Below are positions 33,272 to 45,793 of a DNA stretch of 64,000 nucleotides, in pieces. The stretch's first letter is position 1, and every line of letters begins with the position of its first letter. Made by a program: the position numbers and the translations under genes. Where the stretch lies: contig CAVVTZ010000007.1 of the NCBI GenBank assembly GCA_963751275.1, positions 480,001-544,000 of the forward strand, written 5' to 3'. The notes below the pieces were generated by a model. That model did no database searches. It saw only the letters and a program-made list of their open reading frames with translations, and was not told the DNA's origin. Source of the stretch: an uncultured Gemmatimonadaceae bacterium. GTDB lineage: Bacteria; Gemmatimonadota; Gemmatimonadetes; Gemmatimonadales; Gemmatimonadaceae.

Positions 33272-34113
33272 GGCTTCAGGAGGGGCGCGAGATAGAGAGC
33301 GGTGAGCGCGTCGAGCAGGAGGATGATCACGGACGAGATGACGACGGTGCGGGCCGTGGACTTGCCCACGCCCTCGGCGCCGGCCTCGGCGGTGTAGCCC
33401 TCGTACGATCCGATGAGCGAGATCGCGCCGCCGAACAGCACCGCCTTGATGATCGCATAGTATACCTGGAACGGGATGAACGTGAGGTGCAGCCCGGTCG
33501 TGAAATCGTGCATCGTGACCTGGGTGAACGCGATGACCATCGCACCGCCCGCGGCGATGCCGGTCCCGATCGCCAGGATCGTGACGAGGGGCACCATCGT
33601 GATGCCGGCGATGAAACGCGGCACCACGAGATACGCCACCGGATCGTACGCGAGCGTCTCGAGCGCATCGATCTGCTCGGTCACGCGCATCGTGCCGATC
33701 TCCGCGGTCATGCGCGCGCCCACGCGGCCGGCGAGCACGAGCGCGGTGATCAGCGGGCCCAGCTCGAGCACGATCGACTGGCGCACGATCCAGCCCACCG
33801 CCGAGAGTTGCGCGCCGGGGAAGAGCTGGTACACCGTCTGGTAGCCGGTGACGGCGCCGATGAACGCGGCCACGGTGCCGGCGAGCGGCATCGAGTCCAC
33901 ACCCACGTTCTTCATCTGCTTCACGGTGAGCGGCAGCCAGGTGCGCGGCTCCGTGAATAGCCCGCGCAGCATCTCCACCGCGAAGAGCACGCGGCTGCCG
34001 ATCTGCCCGAACAGCAGCGCCGCCCAATGCGACATCTGCCGGAAGAAGACGATCGCCGCGCGCTGGGGCACGGGGAACGTGTGCGTCGGGCGCCGCGTGG
34101 CCGCGTCGGTCAC
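33268..34113 (-). CDS. mlaE: MlaE-type ABC permease
   Basis: ELGPLITALVLAGRVGARMTAEIGTMRVTEQIDALE, GAEGVGKST. Confidence 0.93.
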   Translation of the reverse strand: MTDAATRRPTHTFPVPQRAAIVFFRQMSHWAALLFGQIGSRVLFAVEMLRGLFTEPRTWLPLTVKQMKNVGVDSMPLAGTVAAFIGAVTGYQTVYQLFPGAQLSAVGWIVRQSIVLELGPLITALVLAGRVGARMTAEIGTMRVTEQIDALETLAYDPVAYLVVPRFIAGITMVPLVTILAIGTGIAAGGAMVIAFTQVTMHDFTTGLHLTFIPFQVYYAIIKAVLFGGAISLIGSYEGYTAEAGAEGVGKSTARTVVISSVIILLLDALTALYLAPLLKP

Positions 34114-35204
34114 GTGCGCACCTTGCTGAGCAGTACCGCGCCCACGATGCCGAAGAGCAGGCTCGGGAGCCATGCGGCGAGATACGGCGGGATCACGCCC
34201 CCCTGGCCCACGGCCTTCATGATCTGGATCAGGATCAGGAAGATGATCGTGGTCGCGAGGCTGATGCCGATCCCCATCGCGAAGCCGCCGCGCTGCGTGC
34301 TCGTCGCGAGCGGCGCGCCGAAGAGCGCGATGATGAGGCACGTCACCGGCAGCGCGAGCTTGAGCGAGAGCTCCACCTTCAGCTCGTTCACATTCGCACC
34401 GGAGCGCTCGCCGGAAATGATGTAACGGCGCAGTTCGCCGAAGCGCATGTCGTCGGGGCTGCGCGGGAGCGCCGTCAGCTCCACCGGCGCCTCCACGAAC
34501 TTCGCGTCACGGAGGCTGTCGAACGCGAACGCGAGATCGCGCGACGAGTCCGGCACGATGTGCATCGTGCCGCCCAGGAGCGTCCAGCGCTTCGCGGTGG
34601 AGTCCCACACCGCGGTGCGGGCGGCGATCAGGATGGTCGGATAGTCGATGCTCACGCCCTTCCGTTCGATCTCCAGCATGTCGATCTGGTGCTGCTCGAT
34701 CGTGAGGTTCCCGATCTTGTAGACGCGCCCCTCGGTGGCGGCGTACGCGAAGTTGAAGCGGTTCTGCCCGGGACGGTACTTGTGCTCCTCGAGGATCTCG
34801 TCGCGCCGCGCGTTGGTCACCGGCACCAGCTCGCCCAGCCCGAAGGCGAGCGCCATCACGCCCACCGCCGCCACGAAGATCGGCGCCACCATGCGGTGGA
34901 AGCTGATCCCGTTCGCCTTCGCCGCCGAGATCTCCCAATGGCGCGTGAACCCCCCGATGGAGAAGACGGTGCCGAAGAGCACCGCCACCGGGAGCACGAG
35001 GAACATCGAGTCGGGGATCCAATAGATGTAGCTGAGCGCGATCTGCTTGAGCGTCAGATGGCGGTTCAGGTACTTCTCCATGTGGTCCACGAGATCGATG
35101 ATGATCACGAGGAGCGGGAATCCCAGCGCGAGGCGAATGAAGATCTTCCAGAACTCGGCCATGACGTACCGGTCGAGCGGGCCAATGCGCGAGAGGAGCT
35201 TCAC
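34110..35204 (-). CDS. lptG: LPS export permease LptG
   Basis: LDRYV, EISAAKANGISFHR, KLALPVTCLIIALFGAPL, AAWLP. Confidence 0.88.
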   Translation of the reverse strand: MKLLSRIGPLDRYVMAEFWKIFIRLALGFPLLVIIIDLVDHMEKYLNRHLTLKQIALSYIYWIPDSMFLVLPVAVLFGTVFSIGGFTRHWEISAAKANGISFHRMVAPIFVAAVGVMALAFGLGELVPVTNARRDEILEEHKYRPGQNRFNFAYAATEGRVYKIGNLTIEQHQIDMLEIERKGVSIDYPTILIAARTAVWDSTAKRWTLLGGTMHIVPDSSRDLAFAFDSLRDAKFVEAPVELTALPRSPDDMRFGELRRYIISGERSGANVNELKVELSLKLALPVTCLIIALFGAPLATSTQRGGFAMGIGISLATTIIFLILIQIMKAVGQGGVIPPYLAAWLPSLLFGIVGAVLLSKVRT

Positions 35205-36967
35205 GTCGTGGGGCCCACGGCGGGCCGTGCGCCGAGTCGCCGCGCGGCGATCCAGTTCTTCGCGGTCTCGAGCAGCTCGCTGAAGTCGCCGCCGCGCGCG
35301 GTGGATCCGGAGCGCTGCACCTTGTACATGAAGTACACCCCGGCCGCCGTGAAGATGACGTTCGCCATCCACATCCCCCAGAACGGCGTGAGCTTCAGGC
35401 GGTTCGCCGTGGCCTCGCCGGCGACGAGGCCAATGTAGTATATGGCGAAGACGACGATGCTGATCCCGAGCACCATCCCGATCCCGCCGCGCGGGAAACG
35501 CAGCCCCACTGGCGCGCCGAAGAGCACGAACACCGCGCAGGCCGCCGCGAGCGCGAACTTCTTCTGGATCTCCACGGCGTAGCGGCTGGCGGTGGTCCGC
35601 GAATCGCTCACGCGCGCCTTCGCGATCTGGAGCCGCGCGAGCGTCTGCACGAACGACTGCGCGCCGGCGGTGCCAGTGGCCGCCGGCCCCTGCGGATCGA
35701 GCACCACGAGCGGCGCATTGCCGGCAGCGGGGCGCGGAGGCATCGGGCGCTGCGCCGGCACCACCGGCCGGCCGAAGGGCGCCAATGCCGGACCGCCCGC
35801 CGAGGGCGGGACGTGTGGCGACGCTCCCAGCATCGCACGGGGCCCGACGGGTGACCTGGTCACCGGCACGGGCCTCCGGACGGCCGGCGTCGCACTCACG
35901 ACGGCCGGCGGCGTCGATGCGGGGGGCGGCAGGGCCGGTGGCACCGGCGGCGGCGGTGGCACGGGCTCCGATGCTTCGCTCGTGTCGGGCGCGGGCGAGA
36001 TCCGCTTCACGAGACGGCAGTACAGCGATCCCAGCGTCCGCAGTTCCGTGCGCGGCGGCGTCGGCTCCATCCGCGGATGCTCGCCGGTCGCGGCGAAGTG
36101 CACCGCCATGAGCATCGTCCCCGCGACCTCGGAGCGCGCCACCGCCTCGTCGTGGCGCGCCTTCTGGTACATCGAATCCATCTCGCACACCGACATCTCG
36201 CGCTCGGACTTGTACGTGTCCTTCGACGTCTCCTCGAACTTGTTGCCCACATTGCGCACGCGCACGAGGTCGGTCTTGAAGTACAGGCGCTCCAGCTCGC
36301 CCATGTTGAGCTGCGGGATCTGCTGCATGTAGCCGTCGTGCAGCGTCAGCACGAGGTCGCGCTGGTCGGGCGTGAGTCCCATCGAGCCGCTGTCGGCGTA
36401 GATCGTCTTCCGGCGCGTGGGGTCATCGAAGTTGAAGATCGTGACCTCGGTCATCGCGTTCGACGCTTCGTCCAGCCGCCCCGCCCGCAGGAAGAGGCGC
36501 CCCGGCATCACCTCGTTGATCACCTGCGCGCGCAGCGCGAACGTCGGCTTCTTGCGCGCGATGTCCGTCTGCAGCGAGCGCAGCCGGTGGTTCGCGCGCG
36601 GGAGCACCTGGTCGTTGAACAGCAGGTTCGCGAGGGCGAGGATGATCCCCGCCACGAGCACCGGCTGCACGAAGCGGATCATCGACACGCCGCTCGCGCG
36701 CATCGCGGTCACCTCGTTCTCCGCCGAGAGCCGGCTGAACGCGTACAGCACGGCGACGAGCACCGCCATCGGCAGCGTCATCGCCACGATGAACGGCAGC
36801 GTGAGCAGGAAGAACTCGCCGATCACTCCCCACGACAGTCCTTTCCCCACCAGGTTGCCGAACTGCTTGGCCACCTGGTTGAGCAGCAGGAGCGTCGTGA
36901 GCGCGGACAGCGCGAACACGAGCGGCCCGAGGTGCTCTTTGAGGACGTAACGGGTGAGGATGCGCAT
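35201..36967 (-). CDS. lptF: LPS export permease LptF with a large Pro-rich insertion
   Basis: ILTRYVLKE, RLSAENEVTAMRASGVS, VEIQKKFAL..GAPVG. Confidence 0.88.
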   Translation of the reverse strand: MRILTRYVLKEHLGPLVFALSALTTLLLLNQVAKQFGNLVGKGLSWGVIGEFFLLTLPFIVAMTLPMAVLVAVLYAFSRLSAENEVTAMRASGVSMIRFVQPVLVAGIILALANLLFNDQVLPRANHRLRSLQTDIARKKPTFALRAQVINEVMPGRLFLRAGRLDEASNAMTEVTIFNFDDPTRRKTIYADSGSMGLTPDQRDLVLTLHDGYMQQIPQLNMGELERLYFKTDLVRVRNVGNKFEETSKDTYKSEREMSVCEMDSMYQKARHDEAVARSEVAGTMLMAVHFAATGEHPRMEPTPPRTELRTLGSLYCRLVKRISPAPDTSEASEPVPPPPPVPPALPPPASTPPAVVSATPAVRRPVPVTRSPVGPRAMLGASPHVPPSAGGPALAPFGRPVVPAQRPMPPRPAAGNAPLVVLDPQGPAATGTAGAQSFVQTLARLQIAKARVSDSRTTASRYAVEIQKKFALAAACAVFVLFGAPVGLRFPRGGIGMVLGISIVVFAIYYIGLVAGEATANRLKLTPFWGMWMANVIFTAAGVYFMYKVQRSGSTARGGDFSELLETAKNWIAARRLGARPAVGPTT

Positions 36968-37015
36968 GGACGTTGCGGAATCTATGGCTTGCCGAGCCAG
37001 GGAGCTAATCAAAGG

Positions 37016-37043
37016 GGCGTGAGGCGTGAGCCGTGCGTCGTGA
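37016..37043. repeat. Degenerate 4x heptamer tract
   Basis: GGCGTGA GGCGTGA GCCGTGC GTCGTGA in the divergent lptF/M28 intergenic region. Confidence 0.5.
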
Positions 37044-37115
37044 ATTGCATAACAAATAATGAACGGCGCCTGCTGAACGATTACATTCCCTCGAACCTCC
37101 ACGGAGTTCCAATCG

Positions 37116-38009
37116 GTGCGGCGTTACGCGATCCTCCTCTTGAGTCTGGCCTTGGCGTGCAGGAACGACGCCCCCCGCACCCCGTTCAACGGCGCGGCCG
37201 CGCTCGGCTACGTGAAGACCCAGCTCGACTTCGGCCCGCGCATTCCCGGCTCGCCCGGGCACAAGCAGACCGGCGACTGGATCGTCGAACGCATGCGCCC
37301 GCTCGCCGACACGGTGATCGAACAGCGCTGGACCCACGTCACGGTGAAGGGCGACACGCTCCCCCTGCGCAACATTCTCGCACGCTTCCGCCCGCATGAA
37401 TCGCAGCGCGTGCTCTTCATCACGCACTGGGACACGCGCCCCGTCTCCGACCAGGCGGCCGACCCCGCGCAGCGCACGCTCCCGATGCCCGGCGCGAACG
37501 ACGGCGCCTCCGGCGTCGCGATGTTCATCGCGCTCGCCGAGGCCCTCAAGAAGACGCCCCCCGATGTCGGCGTCGACCTGCTCTTCGTGGACGGCGAGGA
37601 CTACGGCTCCTTCGAGGACGGCAAGGACGTGCTCCTCGGCTCGAAGTACTTCGCCAAGCACCTCCCCGACTCGGGCTACGCGCCGCTCTACGGCGTGCTC
37701 TGGGACATGATCGGCAAGAAGAACACGCGCTTCCCTGAGGAGGCGTTCTCGGTGCAGCGCGCGCCCGAGGTGGTCGCGCTCGTGTGGAAGCGCGCCGCCG
37801 ACCTCGGCTACAAGGGCACCTTCGTGCCCGTTGGCGGCGGCGCCGTCACCGACGACCACCTGCCGCTCCAGGAGGCCGGCCTGCACGTGATCGATGTGCT
37901 CGACATGGACTACCCGGAGCACCACACGCCGCAGGACACCTTCGACAAGGTGTCGCAGCGAAGTCTGCAGATCTCAGGCGACGTCGCCTACTCCCTGGTG
38001 CACGAGTAG
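37116..38009 (+). CDS. M28 family peptidase / glutaminyl cyclase-like lipoprotein
   Basis: LALAC lipobox, FGPRIPGS, HWDTRP, GANDGASG, DGEDYG, DMIG, DDHLP, HHT.QD. Confidence 0.88.
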   Translation: MRRYAILLLSLALACRNDAPRTPFNGAAALGYVKTQLDFGPRIPGSPGHKQTGDWIVERMRPLADTVIEQRWTHVTVKGDTLPLRNILARFRPHESQRVLFITHWDTRPVSDQAADPAQRTLPMPGANDGASGVAMFIALAEALKKTPPDVGVDLLFVDGEDYGSFEDGKDVLLGSKYFAKHLPDSGYAPLYGVLWDMIGKKNTRFPEEAFSVQRAPEVVALVWKRAADLGYKGTFVPVGGGAVTDDHLPLQEAGLHVIDVLDMDYPEHHTPQDTFDKVSQRSLQISGDVAYSLVHE

Positions 38010-38078
38010 CGCGACGGTTCAATGCGGCGTGTGATGTTCCGGTGATGGTCCGCGGCGCGGCGCGTGTCATGTTCGCCC

Positions 38079-38729
38079 ATGCCGACCCCCACCGAGAAAC
38101 GCGCCCTCACCTTCTTCGCCGGAGTCATCCTCCTTGGCGCCGCCGCGCGGGTGCTCGGCGCCTCCGGCAACGCTCCGCCGCCTGACTCCGCGTCGCGGCT
38201 GGAGCTCCACCGCCAGATCGAAGCCGTGGACAGTGCGCGGAAGAGCGGGGGCGGCAAGCGAAACCGCCGCCGGCGCGCCGGCGCCGACACCGCCGGTCCG
38301 CGCCCCGTGTCCGGCGGGAGCGTCTGGACCGCGGAGAGCACGCCGCCGCGGGTCTACTACGCGCGGGTGCGCCCGCGGCGCGGCGCCGGCCGTCCGGCGT
38401 CGGACAGCCTCGGCGCCGGTCTTGCCCCGGCCGATCCCATTCCGCCCGTCCGAGTGGACATGGACGTCGCATCGGCCGCCGAGATCGAGGGGCTGCCGCG
38501 CATCGGACCCACCCTCGCCCAGCGGATCGTCGCCGATCGCGCGGCGAACGGGCCCTTCGGCACACTCGAGGAACTCGGCCGGGTGAAGGGGATCGGTCCG
38601 GCCATCGCGCGTACCATAGCGCCGTACGTGACCTTCACCCTCACACCGCGTCCATCCAACGAGAGCGAAGGGGCCTCCGGCGCAGCCGGCGGCCGCGGTC
38701 GGCGCTTGCGCAAGCCGCGCTCTCCATGA
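38079..38729 (+). CDS. comEA: ComEA-like helix-hairpin-helix DNA-binding protein
   Basis: N-terminal TM; ASAAEIEGLPRIGPTLAQRIV..GPF..LEELGRVKGIGP. Confidence 0.85.
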   Translation: MPTPTEKRALTFFAGVILLGAAARVLGASGNAPPPDSASRLELHRQIEAVDSARKSGGGKRNRRRRAGADTAGPRPVSGGSVWTAESTPPRVYYARVRPRRGAGRPASDSLGAGLAPADPIPPVRVDMDVASAAEIEGLPRIGPTLAQRIVADRAANGPFGTLEELGRVKGIGPAIARTIAPYVTFTLTPRPSNESEGASGAAGGRGRRLRKPRSP

Positions 38730-38808
38730 CAGAATATCGGCCTGCACGCAGCCCGGTCCTTGGCCGGGGGGCGACCAGCGACCCGCCGTTCCACTCTTCC
38801 GAGCACCA

Positions 38809-40652
<1,844 letters not shown>

Positions 40653-40840
40653 CGACCACCGGGCTGGTGCGCGGTACCCGGCAATGTCCGTGCCCGGGCC
40701 GGCGGACGAATCGATTCCGACGCGGACGGGCGACGTAGGCGTCGCTCCTACCAGGCGCCCTCGATTGTCGTGCCGTGATCCCGCGCCCGTCCCGAATACC
40801 GGTCTAACGCCGTGCACGGAGCTCCAACTGATCTCGCCTC

Positions 40841-42024
40841 ATGACTGCTCCAACTACTCCCGCGCCCACCGCAGCTCCGGCGCCAATCTCCGGCCAGCTG
40901 CTCGAGGAAATGATCGAGCGGGACGCCTCCGACCTGCACATCACGGCCGGCGAGCGCCCCAAGCTGCGCGTCGATGGCGACATCACCAATTCGACCAACG
41001 AGCAGGTGCTCACGCCCAAGGACACGCTGCAGCTCGCGTACTCGGTCCTCACCGAGAACCAGAAGAAGCGCTTCGAGATCGAGGACGAGCTCGACTTCTC
41101 GTTCGGCATCCAGAACCTGGCGCGCTTCCGCGGCAACTGCTTCAAGCAGCGCGGCTGCGTGTCGCTGGTGATCCGGCAGATCCCGTTCAACGATCAAGAC
41201 CTTCGAGCGAGCTGGGGCTCTCCCCGGCGGTGGCGAAGCTGGCCGAGAAGCCGCGCGGCCTGGTGCTGGTGACCGGTCCCACCGGCTCGGGCAAGTCGCA
41301 CGACGCTGGCCGCGATGATCGACAAGATCAACCGCGAGCGCAAGGGGCACATCATCACGGTGGAGGACCCGATCGAGTTCATCCACCGCCACCAGAGCTG
41401 CATCGTCAACCAGCGCGAGGTCGGCACCGACACGAAGTGCTTCGCCAGCGCGCTCAAGTACGCGCTGCGCGAGGACCCCGACGTGATGCTGATCGGCGAA
41501 ATGCGCGACCTGGAGACGATCTCAGGCCGCGCTGACGATCGCGGAGACCGGCCACCTCGCCTTCGCGACGCTGCACACGAACTCGGCGGCCGAGGCGATC
41601 AACCGCATGATCGACGTCTTCCCGGCGCACCAGCAGTCGCAGGTGCGGCCGCAGCTCGCGTTCGTGCTCGAGGGGATCGTCACGCAGACGCTGCTGCCGC
41701 GACGCCAAGGGGCGCGGCCGCGTGATGGCGGCCGAGATCCTCGTCGTCACGCCGGCGATCCGCGCGCTGATCCGCGACGACAAGGTCCACCAGATCTATT
41801 CCTCGATGCAGTCGGGGAAGAAGTACGGCATGCAGACGCTGAACGACGCGCTGTACCAGCTGTACATGGCGCGCGAGGTCGTGCGGGAGGAATGCCTGCG
41901 CGTGTCGAGCGACCCGAACGAGTTCCTCCGCATGATCGGTGAAGGCCCGATGGATGAGAGCACGGACCCGCTGCAGGCGCCCAGCCGTGAATCACGGATG
42001 GCCGGCGCCGGCGGCAAGCGCTAA
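40841..42024 (+). CDS. pilT: Type IV pilus retraction ATPase (frameshifted)
   Basis: [42 protein letters not shown]. Confidence 0.93.
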
Positions 42025-42046
42025 CGCCCGGGACTGAGGAAATAGA

Positions 42047-43242
42047 ATGCCGACCTTCACTTACACCGCGCGCACGCTCAGTGGCGAGCTCAAGACCGCG
42101 ACCATCGACGGGACCTCGCGCGACGACGTCGTCGCGCAGCTCCGCCGCCAGCAGCTGATCGTCGTCAAGGTCGACGAGGAGCCGAAGAAGAAACCGGGGC
42201 GGCGAAGATCAAGACGCGGGACATCGTCATCTTCACGCGCCAGTTCTCGACGATGATCAACTCGGGCCTGCCGCTCGTGCAGGCGCTCGACATCCTGGGC
42301 AAGCAGAGCGAGAACAAGGCGCTGCAGGAAGTGACCAAGCAGGTGGTGTACGACGTGGAGTCGGGGCACACCGTGGCCGATGCGCTGCGGAAGCATCCCA
42401 AGGCGTTCACCGATCTGTACGTCAACATGGTCGCGGCCGGCGAGGCCGGCGGTATTCTCGACACCATCCTGATGCGTCTCGCGACGTTCATGGAGAAGAA
42501 CGACGCCCTGATCCGCAAGGTGAAGGGCGCCATGATCTACTCCGCCGTCATCATGAGCGTCGCGGCGATCGCGATCGTCGTGCTGCTCGATCTTCGTCAT
42601 CCCGGTGTTCGAGAACATGTTCGCGACCGTGAACCTGGCGCTGCCGCTCCCGACGCGCGTCGTGATCGGGCTCTCGGGATTCCTGAAGGGCTACTGGTGG
42701 GCGTTCTGATCGGCGGCTTACGGACTCGTCTGGGCCGTGCGGCGCTGGTACAACGACGCCCGGTCGGACAGCTCAAGCTCGACACGGTGCTGCTCCACAT
42801 GCCGGTGCTCGGCGACGTGCTGCGCAAGTCGGCCGTGTCGCGCTTCACGCGCACGCTCGGCACGCTGATCAGCTCGGGCGTCAGCATCCTGGACGGCCTC
42901 GAGATCACGGCCAAGACGGCCGGCAACCGCGTCATTCACGACGCGATCATGTCGAGCCGCGCGTCGATCGCCGGCGGCGATACGATCTCCGCGCCGCTCC
43001 AGAAGTCGAAGGTCTTCCCGCCGATGGTGATCTCGATGATCGCCGTCGGTGAGCAGACCGGCGGACTGGACGAAATGCTCACGAAGATCGCCGACTTCTA
43101 CGACGAGGAAGTCGACGCCGCCGTCGGTGGCCTGCTCTCCCTGATGGAGCCGGTCATGATCGTGTTCCTCGGCGTGGTCGTCGGCGGCATGGTCGTCGCC
43201 ATGTACCTGCCGATCTTCGACATGATCAACGCGGTGCAGTAA
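42047..43242 (+). CDS. pilC: Type IV pilus platform protein (frameshifted)
   Basis: MPTFTYTAR, GLPLVQAL, AGEAGGILD, SRFTRTLGTL, GEQTGGLDEML, MYLPIF. Confidence 0.93.
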
Positions 43243-43246
43243 CCAC

Positions 43247-43302
43247 TCGGGAGTCGGGAGTCGGGAATCGAGAGCGCGCGGGGCGAGAGCCTCGCGCGCT
43301 CT
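43247..43302. repeat. 4x heptamer tract (TCGGGAG) fused to a terminator-like hairpin
   Basis: TCGGGAG TCGGGAG TCGGGAA TCGAGAG, overlapping AGAGCGCGCGGGGC-GAGA-GCCTCGCGCGCTCT, just after the pilC stop. Confidence 0.75.
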
Positions 43303-43508
43303 TCGCATCTGGCACCATGACCTGCGACTGGGCATCATTGGGGGATGCACCGCAACGTTCGGTCGACGTCCGCGTATATCCGGAAGGATTCCCGGAGCCG
43401 CGCCACGAGACGTGGGTGGCAGTACAACCCAATGTCTCGGAGCGACACGTCCCGTTGGACCCTTCTGCGACCGACCACCTACGCCGTGCCGCCACGGCGC
43501 CCGCAGCG

Positions 43509-44747
43509 GTGACCCGATCCCTTCGCACGCTGACCGGCGCGGCGCTCATCGCGCTCGCCGCCATCCGTTCCCCCGCGCAGGCCGCCGACACGGCGCTCCG
43601 CCCCGTCTCCCGCTCGGATGCGGTGGCCGAAGCGTTGGCCAACGGCACGCGCTATAAGCTGGCGCTCGCCGACACCACGGCCGCGCGGGGCGCCGTCGAC
43701 GCCGCGGCGGCGTACCCGAACCCGGCGCTCGCGGCCGGATACTCGAAGGCCACGCCGCAGTACCACGTCTCGCTCGACCAGCCCATTGAGTACCCGGGAC
43801 TGCGCAGCGCGCGCGAGGACGCCGCGCGCGAGCTGCAGCGCGGCGCGCACTATCGCTTCGTGCTGGAGCGCGCGTCGCTCCAGGTGGAGGCCGACACGAT
43901 GTACACCACCGCGCTCGCGGCCCTCGGCCACGCGCGCCTTTCGGCGGTGACCGCCCGCGCGGCCGACAGTCTGTTCACGCTCGCGAAGGTCCGCCGGGAC
44001 GCGGGCGACGCGAGCGATCTCGAAGTGGAGCTCGCGTCGGTGAACGCACTGCAGGCGGCGAATGCGAGCACGAACGACTCGATCGCCGCCGTCGCCGCCA
44101 CACTCGAATTGCAGCGCGTCATGGGGATCGCCGCCGAGCGCGAGCGCATCGCGCTCACCGACTCGCTCCTGCCGGTCGTGCCGCCGCCTCCCGCGGCCCC
44201 GCTCCCCGGCGCCGGCGCCGCGCCGCCGCTCGTGGTGGCCGCCGCCGAGGCGAACGCGCTGGCGGCCTCGCACGTGCTGTCGGTGGAGCAGAACAGCGTG
44301 TTCAGCACGCCGTCGGTCACGCTCGGCATCGACACGCACGATCCGAGCGGCGCCGAGCCCGGCCTGCTGCCGGTGTTCGGCATCTCGCTGCCGCTGCCCC
44401 TCTGGAGCCGCCGCACGGGGGAGATCGGGCTCGCGCAGGCCGGCGTCTATCGTGCGCAAGCCGAGCTCGCCGAGGCGCGGCGCGAGAGCAATGCCGCCAT
44501 CGCCCGCGCGCGGCGCGATCTCGCGGCCGCCATCGCGCGCGTCGCGCGCGATGGCAACGTACTGGCGAGTGCGCGGCGCGTGGCGAGCATGTCGCTCACC
44601 GCGTACGCGGAGGGCGCGGCCGGCATCCCCACCGTGCTCGAAGCGCAGCGCACCGCGCGCGACGCCGTGGCACATTACCTGGACGATCTCGCGGCCGCGC
44701 AGATCGCGTTCGAGCTGCTCACCCTGCACACGATGCCCGCCCAGTGA
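43509..44747 (+). CDS. TolC/CzcC-family outer membrane efflux protein
   Basis: Signal peptide from GTG 43509; YPNP, GISLPLPLW, AYAEG..VLEAQR. Confidence 0.88.
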   Translation: MTRSLRTLTGAALIALAAIRSPAQAADTALRPVSRSDAVAEALANGTRYKLALADTTAARGAVDAAAAYPNPALAAGYSKATPQYHVSLDQPIEYPGLRSAREDAARELQRGAHYRFVLERASLQVEADTMYTTALAALGHARLSAVTARAADSLFTLAKVRRDAGDASDLEVELASVNALQAANASTNDSIAAVAATLELQRVMGIAAERERIALTDSLLPVVPPPPAAPLPGAGAAPPLVVAAAEANALAASHVLSVEQNSVFSTPSVTLGIDTHDPSGAEPGLLPVFGISLPLPLWSRRTGEIGLAQAGVYRAQAELAEARRESNAAIARARRDLAAAIARVARDGNVLASARRVASMSLTAYAEGAAGIPTVLEAQRTARDAVAHYLDDLAAAQIAFELLTLHTMPAQ

Positions 44748-45793
44748 ACCTTCGCGCACTGCCTCTCTTGCTCGCGGCCGCGGCCGCCGGGTGCTCGCAC
44801 GCCGACGAGGCGCAACATGCGCCGGTGGTGGCCGTGCACACCGCCGCCGCCGTGTCGGCGCCCTTCGCGCACGTCATCGGCTCGCTCGGCACGGTGGCGC
44901 CGCGCGCCGGACGCTACGCGGAACTCTCGGCGCCGGCGCCCACGCGCGTGGCGCAGATCTTCGTCGCCGCCGGCCAGCCGGTGGCCGCCGGCGCACCGCT
45001 CGTCGAATTCGAGCGCGCACCCTTCGACGCCGCCGCGCAGAGCGCCCAGAGCCGCCGCTGACGCGCCCAGAACGGCTACGACCGCGCGGTGCGGCTCACC
45101 GGGGCCGGCGTTCTCCCGAGGAAGGATGTGGATCACGCCGCCGCCGACCTCGCGCAGGCGCAGGCGGCGCTGGTGAGCGCGCCGCGCGCGCTCGAGCTGG
45201 CCACGCTCCGCGCGCCGATCGCCGGCGTCGTCACGCGCATGACCGCGGTGCTCGGCGCGCCGGTGGACGCGGCGCAGGTCGTGGTCGCGGTGGCCGATCC
45301 GTCGGCGCTCGATCTGCTCTTCGCCGTGTCGCCGGCCGACGCCGCGGTGATCCGCCCCGGCGCGGCGGTGCAGCTCTTCGCGGGCGAGGACTCGCGCGGC
45401 GAGCCGCTGGGCGCCGCGCAGGTGACCGACGTCGGCGCGACCGTCGATTCCGCGGCGCGCTCCGTGACCGTGCGCGCGCGCGCGACCGGCACGCACCGCG
45501 CGCTGCGCATCGGCGAGACGGTGTTCGGGCGCATCACCACCAGCGTCCAGTCGGGCGCCGTGGTGATCCCCGCCGAGGCGCTCGTGCCCGAGGGCGAGGG
45601 CTACCGCGTGTTCGTCGTGGACGCCGGCAACGTCGCGCACGCGCGCGCGGTGACGGTGGGCGGCCGCGATGAGGGGCGCGGAGATCCTCTCGGGGCTCAC
45701 GGCCGGCGAGATGGTCGTGACCGACGGCGCGTACGGCGTCGAGGACAGCGCGCACGTGGTGCCCGCCCGCGACAGCGCGCCGGCCCGCCGTGA
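44744..45793 (+). CDS. RND efflux periplasmic adaptor (frameshifted)
   Basis: AAGC lipobox, GQPVAAGAPLV, LRAPIAGVV, VIPAEAL, GLTAGEMVVTDG. Confidence 0.88.

Noticed and set aside
40653..40840. Possible c-di-GMP-I riboswitch between pilB and pilT (CCGGTCTAAC)
   Set aside because: The upstream GGCAAA/GAAA/GCAAA elements are missing
43303..43508. Possible fluoride or metal riboswitch upstream of TolC
   Set aside because: I could not match any consensus by eye; needs an Rfam scan
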